This document shows, in pieces, positions 34,014 to 47,949 of a stretch of 64,000 bases of DNA. A program made the position numbers and the translations under genes. The notes under the pieces were generated by a model, which saw nothing but the letters and a program-made list of their open reading frames with translations, was not told the origin of the DNA and did not search any database. Where the stretch lies: contig NW_027361840.1 in the NCBI RefSeq assembly GCF_039654945.1, positions 10,354,001 to 10,418,000 of the forward strand, given 5' to 3'. The DNA comes from Dendrobates tinctorius. Lineage: Eukaryota. Numbering within the stretch: position 1 is the first letter of the stretch; every line of letters starts with the position of its first letter.

Positions 34014-35548
34014 CAGTTGTGGCCAAAAGTATTGACACCCCTGCAATTCTGTCAGATAATACTCAGTTTCTTCCTGAAAATGATTGCAAACACAAATTCT
34101 TTGGTATTATTATCTTCATTTAATTTGTCTTAAATTAAAAAACACAAAAGAGAATGAAGCAAAAAGCAAAACATTGATCATTTCACACAAAACTCCAAAA
34201 ATGGGCCAGACAAAAGTATTGGCACCCTCAGCCTAATACTTGGTTGCACAACCTTTAGCCAAAATAACTGCGACCAACCGCTTCCGGTAACCATCAGTGA
34301 GTTTCTTACAATGCTCTGCTGGAATTTTAGACCATTCTTCTTTGGCAAACTGCTCCGGGTCCCTGATATTTGAAGGGTGCCTTCTCCAAACTGCCATTTT
34401 TTAGATCTCTCCACAGGTGTTCTATGGGATTCAGGTCTGGACTCATTGCTGGCCACCTTAGAAGTCTCCAGTGCTTTCTCTCAAACCATTTTCTAGTGCT
34501 TTTTGAAGTGTGTTTTGGGTCATTGTCCTGCTGGAAGACCCATGACCTCTGAGGGAGACCCAGCTTTCTCACACTGGGCCCTTCATTATGCTGCAAAATT
34601 TGTTGGTAGTCTTCAGACTTCATTATGCCATGCAAAGCCTCTTTTTTTCTCCTGTAAACTCTATGTTGATGCCTTTGCCCAAAAAGCTCTACTTTTGTCT
34701 CATCTGACCAGAGAACATTCTTCCAAAACGTTTTAGGCTTTTTCAGGTAAGTTTTGGCAAACTCCAGCCTGGCTTTTTTATGTCTCGGAGTAAGAAGTGG
34801 GGTCTTCTTGGGTCTCCTACCATACAGTCCCTTTTCATTCAGACGCCGACGGATAGTACGGGTTGACACTGTTGTACCCTCGGACTGCAGGGCAGCTTGA
34901 ACTTGTTTGGATGTTAGTCGAGGTTCTTTATCCAACATCTGCACAATCTTGCGTTGAAATCTCTTGTCAATTTTTCTTTTCCGTCCACATCTAGGGAGGT
35001 TAGCCACAGTGCCATGGGCTTTAAACTTCTTTATGACACTGCGCACAGTAGACACAGGAACATTCAGGTCTTTGGAGATGGACTTGTAGCCTTGAGATTG
35101 CTCATGCTTCCTCACAATTTGGTTTCTCAAGTCCTCAGACAGTTCTTTGGTCTTCTTTCTTTTCTCCATGCTCAATGTGGTACACACAAGGACACAGGAC
35201 AGAGGTGGAGTCAACTTTAATCCATGTCAACTAGCTGCAAGTGTGATTTAGTTATTGCCAACACCTGTTAGGTGCCACAGGTAAGTTACAGGTGCTGTTA
35301 ATTACACAAATTAGAGAAGCATCACATGATTTTTCGAACTGTGCCAATACTTTTGTCCACCCTCTTTTTTATGTTTGGTGTGGAATTATATCCAATTTGG
35401 CTTTAGGACAATTCTTTGTGTTTTTTCATTTAAGACAAATTAAATGAAGATAATAATAACAAAGAATTTGTTTTGACAATCATTTTCTGAAGAAACTGAG
35501 TATTATCTGACAGAATTGCAGGGGTGTCAATACTTTTGGCCACAACTG
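34014..35548 (-). mobile_element. Tc1-family transposon, second copy of the same family, with ~100-bp internal deletion
   Basis: Same TIRs, TA TSD; lies between the KRAB and zinc-finger exons. Confidence 0.95.
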
Positions 35549-35725
35549 TAGAGTGGAGGCCATGCTGGAACTGGTAAGGGGCTAGAAGAGTTGAGGCTTG
35601 AATTGATATCGTAGAAGTCTACATCTAAATTACTGTATATAAGGCTTTATATCATTTGCACATTTTCTTATCTCGTTACATAAATATTAAATTTCCATGA
35701 ACGATTTTTCTGTTTTTTTTTCCAG

Positions 35726-38700
35726 AAGACATTTTCTTGCATTATAGTAAAATCAACGAAAATACCTCTACAGTCTCCAGTAATTCAGTAAGGAGGAAAT
35801 CGCCAAGAACTCGGAAGAATAACCGAGACACAGAAAATGCAAGCAATTGCTACAAGAAGTATTGCCATGGTGTCTTAGAAGATGTCCACCACAAGTGCTC
35901 CCAGTGTCAAGAAGTCTTTTATAGCTGGTCCCTTCTTGTTGACCATAAGATGAACCACCACAGAATCAAACCACGGTCCACTCCTGATGGCAAAGAGGTC
36001 ATCTCAAATCTTCACAACACAAGATCCAATGAGTGTAGATCTCTCGATACCTGTGAGAATCTGAATTGGGGAACCCGTACAATGAAGACCCAAAAAAATG
36101 ACCAAGAGCGAACAAAAAATTACAGCTCTCAGAAGAGACCCAGGCTTCAGAACTTAGAAAAAGAGAAGAGTTCCAGTAAATGTGTGCATTGTTCTAAGGT
36201 ATTCTCTGACCTCAGTCTTCTGGCCGAGCATGAAAAATCGCACCAGGAAAACAAGACTTTTACATGTCCTGACTGTGGGAAAACCTTCATCAGGAAGTCC
36301 ATTCTTAAGCTTCATCGGAGGACGCACACAGGAGAGCGGCCATTTGCTTGTACTGACTGTGGGAAACGTTTCAGTCAGAGATTTAACCTTGTGATCCATC
36401 AGAGGATTCACACAGGAGAGAAGCCGTATAGATGTCCTATGTGTGAAAAAAGCTTCCGCTACAAGCCTGCTCTTGTCAGGCATGAGAAAGAAGGAAAGTG
36501 TATGAAAACTATGACGAAAACACAAAGAATGATGGAGAATAAGATCCCTGGACATCTTCCTCAAAGAGCTGCCTCTTCAGATCTTAAGCCTACTGTACAA
36601 AGAAAAAATGCACCTTCATGTTCTCCAACGGATCAATCATCGAATTCCAGACATGACATAGTAGTCCCCAGACTTCATCTATCAAAGCTTAGACCATTGT
36701 CATCCCTGAAGAACGTGAATCGCAACTTACCAGATGTTGAAGACACTTCCACTGCAACTTCTTCCTTACATCATCGAAAAAGCACAAAACGCCCCTCGTC
36801 TACATCTATCGTATCCCATGACTTGAGAACGAAATCTCTGTCAACGTTGACACATGATAAATCAAATATCAAGACTCTCTTGGCGTTACCCCCTACTATG
36901 TGTCCTCCATTTGGTAGTAAATCCCCTTTAGCCACTACTTCTCCTATCTACAGTGTTTTAAGTAGCAGACATCCCACTGTCTCACATTCCTCAATTAGTC
37001 ACTCATTGGATACTAAGCAATCATTGGCCTCCCCTTCACTTGTCAGTCATTTATTGGATGCTAAGCCTCCATTGGCCTCACCTTCCTGTAGCAGTGATTC
37101 ATTGAATACAAAGGCTTCATCGGATTCACCTTCCTCCATCAGTCGCTCATTGGATACTAAGCAATCATTGGCCTCACCTTCCCTTGTCCGTCATTCATGG
37201 GATATTAAGCCACCATTAGCTCCACCGCCGTCTGCTAGTCATTCATTGAATAATAAGCCTCCATTGGCCTCACCTACCTCCATCAATCATTCATTGAATA
37301 CAAAGGCTTCATCGGATTCACCTTCCTCCATCAGTCACTCATTGGATACTAAGCAATCATTGGCCTCACCTTCCTCCATCAGTCGCTCATTGGATACTAA
37401 ACAATCATGGGCCGCACCTTCCCTTGTCAGTCATTCATGGGATTTTAAGGCACCATTAGCTTCACCACCCTCTGTCTGTCATTCATTGAATAATAAGCCT
37501 CCATTGGCCTCACATTCCTCCATCAGTCACTCATTGGATACTAAGCAATCATTGGCCTCATCTAGCCTTGACAGTCATTCATTGGATGCTAAGCCTCCAT
37601 TGGCCTCACCTTCCTCCATCAGTCATTCATTGGATACTAAGCAATCGTTGTCCTCACCATCCTCTATCAGTCATTCATTGAGTAATAAGCCTTCTTTAGT
37701 TTCTCCTTCCTCTATCAGAGCTTGGTTGAACTCCCCTTCCTCTAAGAGTAATTTATTAGATACCAAGCCTCCTTTGGCCTCACATTCCATTATTAATCAT
37801 TCATTAGATACAAAACCTTCATTAGTATCGCCTTCTTTCATTAATCATTCGTTGAATAATAAGCATCTATTGACCTCACCTTCCTCCATCAGTAATTCAT
37901 TGGATATTAAGCAACCATTGGTTTCACCTTCCTTTATCGGTCATTCATTGGCCTTACCTTCCTCCACCAGTAATTTATTAAAGGCTAACTCTCTGCCAGA
38001 TAAGAAACTAACCTTAGCCTCAAGTTCTTCAAGACATAATTCACCAGATATAAAGCATCTCCCAACCACATCATCATACACCATTTACCAATCGAATAAA
38101 ACCCCATCATTACCTTCCTCCACTTCTTCTTGTAACCTAGGTGTAAGATTTTCCTCTGGTAGATATCTTCCATCAGGTGTAAAATGTCAATTATCATCCA
38201 TGATCTCAAGTTCACAAACCTCCAATACGAAATATGCCTCTTCCCATGATGATACATCTGGTGGCAAATGTTCTTCATCAGTAAATTCCACCATCCAGCC
38301 ATCTCTCATTAAGAAATCTCTGACTAAACCTTCATTGCCATTATCTCTACCTTCTCAGGTGCCTAGTAAGCCTTCTAAACCACCCACTTCCATTGGCCCA
38401 TTGACCCATACATTTACTTCCCCATCACATACCAGTTCACAAAGTCTAAATGAGAAACCATTTAAATGTAGTCAATGCAAAAAAGCATTTATCCATCAGA
38501 ATCAACTGATGGAACATGAGAAATCCCACACCGGATCACGAAATACTTGTCCAGAATGTAATAAATGTTTCATTAGAAAATCCACCCTCATTCTTCACAA
38601 AAGAACTCACACTGGAGAAAAGCCTTTTGCCTGCACAGAATGTGGGAAAAGGTTCAGCCAACGATTCAATCTTGTGGTTCACCAACGAATACATACAGGA

Positions 38701-39720
38701 GAAAACCCATATGTATGCACAGAATGTTGTAAATCCTTCCGATACCGAACAGGTCTTCTTCGTCATCAGAGGCATGGACCATGTACAAAAAAGCCACCGT
38801 TAGAAAAACCTTCTGCTAGCCAACGCTTTGCACAGTCAACCCCTACAACAAATAGGTCATTTGAGTCTCTGGCTGCTTCTCAGAAATTTCGAAAAGTTTG
38901 TAGCTACGAACTTCCAGATTTAACAAAAAAGTTTAGAATTGAACCATTACAGGAGAGTTTGCAAGGTATCCCACTTGAGACATCATCTTCACCATTGGGT
39001 GGACACAAGTCAAATCAAGATCTGTCTTCAATAACTTTAAACTCGGACACTAAAAGGACTACAAGTCCAAAATCCTGTATAGTTAATAAGTTGAATCCTT
39101 TGGGTACTAACGAACCATTTAAAGGCACCAATACACTTTATTCTACTCTTCAATCTTCTGTTGAACCTTCGTTCATTTCTCATAATCCGAAATTTCTAAG
39201 CCATGGCCCAGCCCCAAACAATGTTATATCTCCACACAGTCCACCTATGGTTCACCAAGTGCTTGACCAAGGACCAAAGTCCAAACTTTTGAATAAAATA
39301 GAAGTCAAGAACGTTTATGATAGTTCTTCAGCCTGTATCTTAGATCGCCAGATATCGGTTGATACCAGATTAAGAACGGAAAAAAAACAATATAAATGTG
39401 AGCATTGTAATAAATGTTTTTCCCAGTTAGACCATTATGTGGAACATCAGACAGTGCACACCAGTGGCCGCCACAAGTGCACCATGTGCAAAAAAGTCTT
39501 CAGCAAAGCCTCCCAACTTGTCCTTCACCAGAGGACTCACACTGGAGAGAAGCCGTATTCCTGCGGGAAATGTGACAAACAGTTTAGTCAGAAGTTTAAT
39601 CTTGTTGTCCATCAGCGAATCCACACAGGGGAGAAACCATTTCGATGTACAGATTGTAACAAAACATTCCGCTATCAGACTGGTCTTCTCAGACACCAAA
39701 AATATAACCTGTGTTCATAA
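35726..39720 (+). CDS. KRAB-ZNF gene 1, terminal zinc-finger exon (13 fingers, Ser/Pro repeat)
   Basis: Polypyrimidine tract plus CAG acceptor (NAGNAG), phase 1 in frame with the 1327-aa ORF; TGEKP linkers. Confidence 0.93.
36997..37980 (+). repeat. Coding 48-bp (16-aa) tandem repeat SHSLDTKQSLASPSSI
   Basis: About 20 in-frame degenerate copies. Confidence 0.9.
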
Positions 39721-39994
39721 CAGAAGGGAAGACTGGAAACAAAAACATTGATAGATTATTTATTGGGAACATTTTACTAGTCTCTCCATGGGGAAGGAGG
39801 TGCCCATTTCTCAGGGATATTTGCAAGTTTCCTGCAATTCAGTAAATTAAACGTTGTCTTTCCTTTTATTGCCGTTTCTTTAATTTTTATTTCAATTTAG
39901 GAAACATACGTTGTGAAAGTATGATTGATAACATTACATAGGGGGTCAAGCCATAGTATTTCTTCGTGGAATACCAAATTGAATTTTGTATGTT

Positions 39995-41938
39995 CAACCA
40001 CAATTCCAAAATGTTGGAACTTTGTGTAAAATGTATGGAAGACATGAATGCAATGATCTGGAAAATCTCTTCTCGCCATATTTTACTAGCAGCAGCACGT
40101 AGGGCACATCAGACGTTGAACGTTGGACATTTTTACCATTTCATTTGAAAGAATTAACTAATTCAGGAATTGATAGTGGCGACAGATATGAGCCTGTGCT
40201 GCATCCACCATTGTGTCTTTTTTTTTTCTACATTAGTATGTAAATATTGGGGATGTGAGGAGACAATCGCTGGAACTTTGGGAGAGGAATGTTGTCCCCT
40301 TCTTGTTTGGTGTCGGAATTTTCATTGCTTCACAGTTCGGGGTCTTTGCCGGATTTTTCGTTTCACAATGCACCAAATGTTTACTGTTGGTGGACGGTCC
40401 TGACAGCAGGTGGTCAGTTCATCCCCCAGACGCTTCGTCTTCTGTGTTGTGTAATGGAGGCAGGATGTGATTTAACATTGTCCTGCTGAAATATATAAAG
40501 TCTTCCCTGACGTCCCAAAGGAGCAGATGTTGTTCTATCACCTCTATGTAACGCTCAGCATTGATGGCGCCTCTCGTGTGTGCGCTGCCCCTGCCATAGG
40601 CACTAAATCCCACGATACATCAGAGATGCAGGAACTGTGTGCAGAACAATTTTCCATTTTGCCTTCGTCCATTATAAATGAGCTTGGCCGCAGAGAAGAC
40701 AGCAGCGTTTATGGATTGTGCTGATCTCCTTTTTATGACGGAGTTTTCACTTACATTTGTGGATTGCACGCAGAACTATGATCGGGTAAATTCATATTTG
40801 CCTGTTCACATGGTTTTCATTCAGTTCATGGAGAAGTTAATCTCAGTGAATTCAATGTCCCTTATTATGCTTTGGGATCTCTCCAGACCGCAAAGCATAG
40901 TAAACATCATGTAATTTTTTTTTTTTCCACTTGTGCCATTGCTGACCTTTCCGGCCCTTCCGTAACTCACTGCCACCCGTCCGGTCTTCTCCGCATGTTC
41001 AAATCAGTATCGGCAGCAGTGAAATCCCAGACCTCAGTCGATAGGTTGAAGCTATTAGGTTTCCTAAGCCCAGGAGGGTTCTGCACATTCTTAGTAAAAC
41101 CTGGAATTTTCGGGCTAGCGATAGAGGCCTGGGGATTTGATGATGCCCGGACAGGTGGGTTAAAGAGCAGACGGGCCAGTGAGATAAGTATCAGGTTTTT
41201 TAACATTTCTATAGTTCAAAAACACAGTTCGGAAAATAATTAATCTGCTATTTGGCGAATCCGGAATGTTGCAAAATTCAAGTAGAATTTAATTCCACTA
41301 CAATTTAATTTGCTCCTCTCTATTCACAGACAATAATTTCTGGGTGTATTCCTGAGCTCATGCAGTGATTTTCACCATTGAATCACACCTGTATTTACTG
41401 CAGTCAGGCCTGAAAGCCAAGAGATCGCGAGGCTCCCAACCTGGTCGGTCTTCACCCTTGTGCGTGGGATTTCTCCAGAATCTGAATCTTCTGATATTTT
41501 GTGCTGTAGATGGTGGTCTTTGTCTTTGCAATTTTAAGTTGAGGAACATTTTTCTGAATTTGTTCCACAATTTTTTGCTGCAGTTGTTCACAGATTGGTG
41601 ACTTCTGACCATCTTTGCTTCTGGGAGACTCTGCCTCTCTTACATGCTCTTTTTATACACAGTGATTTGACTTTGTTACAGTTTGAACTTCTGTCTGTTC
41701 TTCATTAGTGCCACTTACTTTTCCGGCCTTTTGTTAACCCCATCAAACTTTTTGAGATGTGTTGCTGCTATTAAATCCTAGCTTAGTTTATTTTTTCAAA
41801 TGAAATGGAGAAATGTCCACTGTTTACCTTCTGATCTGTTCTGTATGATAACATATGGTGATAAGAGATTTCCAAGCCATTAAATTCTTTTCCTCTTTAC
41901 ATTAACACAGCAGCCTAACTTTTTTGGAATTGGCCTTG
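39995..41938 (-). mobile_element. Old degenerate Tc1/mariner-like element
   Basis: Imperfect TIRs CAACCACAATTCCAAAATGTTGG and CCTAACTTTTTTGGAATTGGCCTTG; INAERYIEVIEQHLL remnant. Confidence 0.65.
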
Positions 41939-43473
41939 TAGATGGTGGAAGAATTCCTACTAGAGGAAGCATTACCATCCATTTGACCTCTTGCGGTGCC
42001 TGTGCAGCAGTGAAGAGAGATCTATGGCTTCTAGGCTCTGCAATATGCACACACCCTAACAGCATTAACCATCATGAAATCTGTTCCAACTGGAACAATA
42101 ACCTGGCCATGAATGTAAAATGGTCCTCTAATAAGACTTGTGTAGTCATTTGCTGCATCTACAAATTCTCATCAGAGGATCTTCCTTGTGGGATGAGAAG
42201 GGTCTTGTCTTGCCCCCCAGTTTAAATGCCGATATTTCCACTCTGGTGCCATGACGGGAGAATGCTCCCCTAGGAATTTAGTTTTCTTTGGTGTCATGGA
42301 ACCAGACAGATTATAAGGTTGCAGAAGGATAACTTGGAAGGCAAGAAGGGTGGTCACTCCAGATGATGAAGAAATCTCAAAAGATACGGCGACCTAGGAA
42401 GATGCCCACTGGATTACATTAGTCTCTTGTGGTGTAGATGTGTGATGCCTTCCATACACAATATTCATCATACAACCAAAACAAACCGTAGCCAAATATT
42501 ACAAAATCCCGCTTTCCTACCTGGTGAATTTAACACTAGCTTTGCTTCTGACTGCCATATTGTTTCCAGTGATCACTCGGCAGAAAGCAGTGAGGGATGG
42601 GGGGGGGGATGCTGGCTGCTTGGTGACTACCCAAATGACTGCTGTCCGGCAGCTGTCCGGCAGCTGTCCAGCGGAGATCTCAGCATGCAGAATCGCCACT
42701 GAATTCACACACAGACTTCAGGTCATAACTCACACTATGGCTTTCACTGGAGTTTCCTTCAGTGCTGTCCCCAAAAATTAGTCACAGATTCGTACAGACA
42801 CCCTAAAATATTGTAAAGGCTTTTATAGCTGAAAAAGGGCCCTATCTCCATATTAAGGTCCATGGTTCTGGACTGGGATGCCCAATAAGCGATACATGTT
42901 AGCTGTGAGCAGTATGAGCTCCAGAGAGGGTTTCAAGTTATGAGAATGCTCCAGTTTACTGAGGTCAAGAAAATGGTGAGGGATTAAAAAGGAAAAGTGA
43001 AGATGCAGAATGTTCCATAATATAACAGGTGGGTTTTATGTTTGTGATATGGATCAACGGTGTCACTTTCACACTGTTACACACCTGTCTCTGGTCTGGG
43101 CTCTCACCGCGTCACCTCTGTCTGCTGCCCTCTGTTGTGCTCCACGTTGGACGTTGCAGGTTCCTTGGTGTGACATCATCTCCCTAGGCCTTTCAAGGCC
43201 CATTAGGACACACACCTGGGTCTTCTGATTGTTATCCGAGACTTTAGTTTGTTGCTTAGCTGTTCACACCGTATTGCCTGTTTTTGCTGAATTTGTTGCT
43301 TCCATCCTGCTGTTCCCAAGATTCCTGAGGGTGACTCGTCCTCGCTGTCCACTTATCATCCTGCCAATTGCACCGACGCTCGGGGCCTGTGTACCCACCC
43401 GAACCTGGGGTTTAATGGGTCCCATTCACCAGGTAAGGTGTAGTATACACACACACATTATCACACAATCCTA

Positions 43474-46400
43474 TGTAACACCAATGCCGGCATCCCTGCA
43501 TGTTTCTCCTTCCTTCTCCCGGCAGGGATGCCGACATGCTCACCACTGTAGTTTCTTGGCAATGTCTCCCTGTCCCACTGCTGTCCCTGGCTCCCAGATC
43601 CTGCGCACTTACTGCTGGTCTTTCGACACGTAAGTCTTCCGTCTCTTAAAGGCGCAGCACACACTCTGAATATGCCCCCAGCCAATAGCTGAGAGGCATT
43701 TAGTATTTAAGGCACACTCCCCTGTAGGGTGGTGCCTGTACAATTTCCTCAGTGTTAGTTGAGTAGCCCTTGCTAGCTAGTTGTCATGTCCCTTGATCCT
43801 GTAGTTATCCTGTTAGAACCCGAGCTCCTGGTCCTTTTGTGGCTAGGCCCAGAGCCTGAACCCCCTGGTCCTTGTGTGACCAGAGTCTAAACCCAAAACC
43901 ACATCGGCTGTCCCTATACCGCACCTGGAGGTCCCTGAACCATGACTACTAATTGCGGTACCTGTGCCTGAAGCCACAACTGTGGCACGTGAACCCTGAC
44001 ACCACTGTTGCGGTACCTGAACCCTGAAGCTGCACCGGTGGTACCTGAACCCTGGAACTGCATCCTTAGTACCTGAAACCATTCCAGTGGTACTTGAACA
44101 TGCACCAGTGTCAGGCCTGGTTAGTGGTCTGGAGTTTGTACTGTCGGAGCCTATTCCAGTATCTGAATACAGCCTTGCCTGTGACTCCATGTCAGTATCC
44201 GTTCCACCCATTGACCCAGATCCTGTGTTGTCTGAAAAGAGTCCGAAACCAGCTGTGTCTGTGACTCCGTGCCCTCTCCGTGTCTGCGACCCTGACCCCT
44301 GGGGTCAGCAGCTGCAGTAGAGGAGACTGCCTAGGAGTGGTACTTGGTGGCTACCTGCAGCTCAAGTCTAACTCCACCATCAGGAGCTTTAGCGAAGACA
44401 GGGCAGCCGTTTCCCTCCTAGGTAAGCCCGTCCCCATGGCACAGTGGGTCTGTAGGGAAGGTGACCTGACGGACGGACGGACTAGTCAGAGTGAAGAAGG
44501 AAAGATTTGCACAGTGTAGGTAGGTGTCAGTTATTACAGTGGGGAAACAGCTAGGAAAGTGTAGTGGACGTGCAGTACCTTAGGTTGACCATTAGATGGC
44601 AGGGAGGAGTGTGAGCAAAGGACTTGACATCAGCTTAGGGCTTTAGAAACCGTTGGTCATGGGGGGCGGAGTTACAGCGACAGGGGACCGGGAGAGCTAT
44701 AAATACTGAGGGAGGGTTCCAGTCCCCAGGGGGAGCTCAAGTGACAGGAGGACTGCGACAGTCTGTGCACTCTGAGGAAAACCAAACCAGGGGGACTGAG
44801 GAGAGAGAACGTCAGGGGGGTGGTCCTGACAGGAAGAACCGCAGAAGGGACGAGACACTGGGTGTGAGACAGTATTTGACACGACGACTGATCAGTGGAA
44901 GCGTTGTTGGTTTACGGGCCTAAGGCGGCCAGTGACGGACCTGTCAGGAGCGTCGACGAGTGAAGAGGGGACGGTGTATGCATACACGTCCCCAGTATAG
45001 AGTACAGTGTTTGAGAAGCGGCCCTGGAAATGGAGGGCCGTGAGATAAAGAAAGTGCGGTGTGCTCTGAGGCCGTCAGACGGACGGCGAGTGAAATAAAC
45101 TTGGACCTGTTGCACCCAGAATCTGCCTCCATCGTGTCTCTGTTTTTATCTCTGCGCGGTAAGAAGAGGGACCCCCCCCCCCAGCTCGGCAACCACCTCT
45201 ACATTTGGCGTAGTCGGCAGGATCGCCGCCGCTAATACATCATCTTCTGCCGCAGGCCTGCCTTAAAGGATGGAGAAGGACTTGGACTACACTGCCTGGA
45301 TTATAAATACCTGTGGATTACAAATTGGGAGTGCTGCACCAGAAGTCATCTTCAGAACCACGGACGGGCAGCGGGATGCTGAGCCGGGGAGCGGAGCCTG
45401 AGCGGAGTCAGCGAGAACGGCCGCCACCAATACCGGCAGAGGACTTCTCAGCGGAACCCCCGAGTCTGGAGGGAAGGCCTGCAGGACAGTGGAGCAAGGA
45501 ACGCAGGCTGCGGGGGAAACCGCGTGATGATGGGAAGGAGGCTGCAGCGCCGGGGAAGGTGAGAGTACCTCCGGCCCTACCAATGCCTCCGCAAGCGGCC
45601 CCCACCATTCTGCTGCAGCACGCGGCCCCCTGCGCACCGGAAGGCCTAGTTACCACGGGCCCCGTGGTGTATGTGGAGCTGAGCGAGGCCCCCCGCTCAT
45701 GTCCCCGAACTACCTCGCCCGGAGTCACCAGTGCAGAGCTCACTCAAAGAAGACGCTGATGCGCTTTCCCTGCTAATAGCAGCTGTATCGTTGAAATCGG
45801 CCGTTACTCCGGCTCCGTTGGAAGTAGTGGATGCGGCCTGTCCTGAGGCCGCGGGTATGCCGCTGCTGGAGTCGGCTGCGGCCGACTTAGCGGGCCCTGT
45901 GATTCCAGCCCCCGAGGACCCGGTTGTCCCCATTTGCCACCTGACCCCAGCGGCTGCTGGGCCACAGAAATCTTCGGCCGTTTCTGTCTTGCGGTCTTTT
46001 TCAGCGGAGTCCCGCCCACCGGACTCCAGGGCCCGTGCTGTTCCCTCCGTGTGGGTAGCGGAGGTGATCAGGAAGAAGAAGGCCCGGGAGCAGGAAGTGT
46101 GGAACCTGCTCCACACTCAAGGAGAGGCCGTCATGGAAAAGAAGAGGACTTGAATGGACACCCTCAGTATCCCCGGGGGCTCCACGGCTGTGGGGTCCCT
46201 CACTACTAGCCACTGCGTAGTGAAGTAGACTGTCGAGATTTCGGTGCACTGTAGTGCAGGTTCTGAAGAACAGTTCTAGTTTAAAAAAAAAATGTTTGAT
46301 GTGCTGAGTTTGTTTTTAGTATGTTCCTCTTACAGGATGTTATTTGCTGATTTGAAACTTGACAGAACGGGGATACAGAGAAGTGGAGGAGTGTTCAGGT

Positions 46401-47865
46401 CCAAGGAAGGAGGGAGAAAGAAGACATGCAATGTTATGTTGTTATATGTTGGTTTTAAAATGAGCAAAAGAAAACGAAAAAAATATATAAAAATGGGTAC
46501 TTGTGCTATTATAAAGTTGTTTAATGTATAATATGCCAAAGTAAAATGCAACAGGTCCGGGTGAGGGAAGGTCTGAGGGAACAAAGGAAAGTGTGAGATC
46601 CGGTAGGGATCTAAGAGTTGAGGAGGTCTGGGAGACCGGGACTCCGACCATGACATGTTATTGAAAGAAAGGAAAATGAGTTGGAAGACGTGAGAGAGAC
46701 AGCCGTCCTAGGTCAGGTACCCAACACCACGGACACCCCTGAATGAGGAAGGTGGGCGCTGGTAATGATCTGGAAGGTAAGAGACCTCGATCATGGCGTA
46801 CCGAATAGTGGAAGGTGACAGTAGGGGAGAGTAGGGGAAGGTACACATCACAGAGAGAATATGGGTATACCTAGCCCAATTTGAAAGACGTTGTCATGTG
46901 GCGTGCGCACTGGTGAGTAGCAGTAGGCTGCTCAGAGCATAGTGCTCCCAGTATGGTTCGGCCCCCGCAGATAGTGGGTTTGGCTCAACAGCTGGTCCGA
47001 CAACAGAATGTAGGTGTAGCTTCAGAACGACGAAGGCAGGGATGACGATTGTCGAGGACGACAATGGATAAAGGAAGGGAGAGTGTAGGGAAGGTGACCT
47101 GACGGACGGACTAGTCAGAGTGAAGAAGGAAAGGTTTGCACAGTGTAGGTAGGTGTCAGTTATTACAGTGGGGAAACAGCTAGGAAAGTGTAGTGGACGT
47201 GCAGTACCTTGGGTTGACCATTAGATGGCAGGGAGGAGTGTGAGCAAAGGACTTGACATCAGCTTAGGGCTTTAGAAACCGTTGGTCATGGGGGGCGTGG
47301 TGACAGTGACAGGGGACCGGGAGAGCTATAAATACTGAGGGAGGGTTCCAGAAGGTTCCAGTCCCCCAGGGGGAGCTCAAGTGACAGGAGGACTACGACA
47401 GTCTGTGCACTCTGAGGAGAATCCAAACCAGGGGGACTGAGGAGAGAGAACGTCAGGGGGGTGGTCCTGACAGGAAGGACCGCAGAAGGGACGAGGCACT
47501 TGGTGTGAGACACCATATTTGACACGACAACTGATCAGTGGAAGCGCTGTTGGTTTACGGGCCTAAGGCGGCCACTGTGACGGACCTGTCAGGAGCGTCG
47601 ACGAGTGAAGAGGGGATGGTGTACGCATACACGTCCCCAGTATAGAGTACGGTGTTTGAGAAGCGGCCCTGGAAACGGAGGGCCGTGAGATAAAGAAAGT
47701 GCGGTGTGCTCTGAGGCCGTCAGACAGACGGCGAGTGAAATAAACTTGGACCTGTTGCACCCAGAATCTGCCTCCATCATGTCTCTGTTTTTATCTCTGT
47801 GCGGTAAGAAGAGGGACCACCCCCCCAGCTCGGCAACCACCTCTACAGGTCCACGATCCACGTGT
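43474..47865 (+). mobile_element. Probable old solo LTR (TGTAACA start), interrupted near its 3' end by element D; right end uncertain
   Basis: TG start, TATTTAA box, CAGTGGGTCCAC end motif resembling the reverse complement of the element C LTR. Confidence 0.5.
44451..47847 (+). mobile_element. Non-autonomous LTR retroelement D with tRNA-Ser PBS
   Basis: LTRs 44451-45203 and 47084-47847, PBS TGGCGTAGTCGGCAGGAT (45206-45223), PPT AAAGGAAGGGAGAG, 4-bp TSD GGTC, 1.88-kb interior without gag/pol motifs. Confidence 0.9.
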
Positions 47866-47949
47866 GCTGCTAGTGGCTCCATTTTTGGTATCAGGGTGCA
47901 CTAATAAAACCTAAACGCTTCATTACTCCACCTTCACCTGCCTGAAAGG

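Noticed and set aside
45206-45223. tRNA-Ser gene
   Set aside because: Only the 18-nt complement of the tRNA 3' end (a PBS); no cloverleaf
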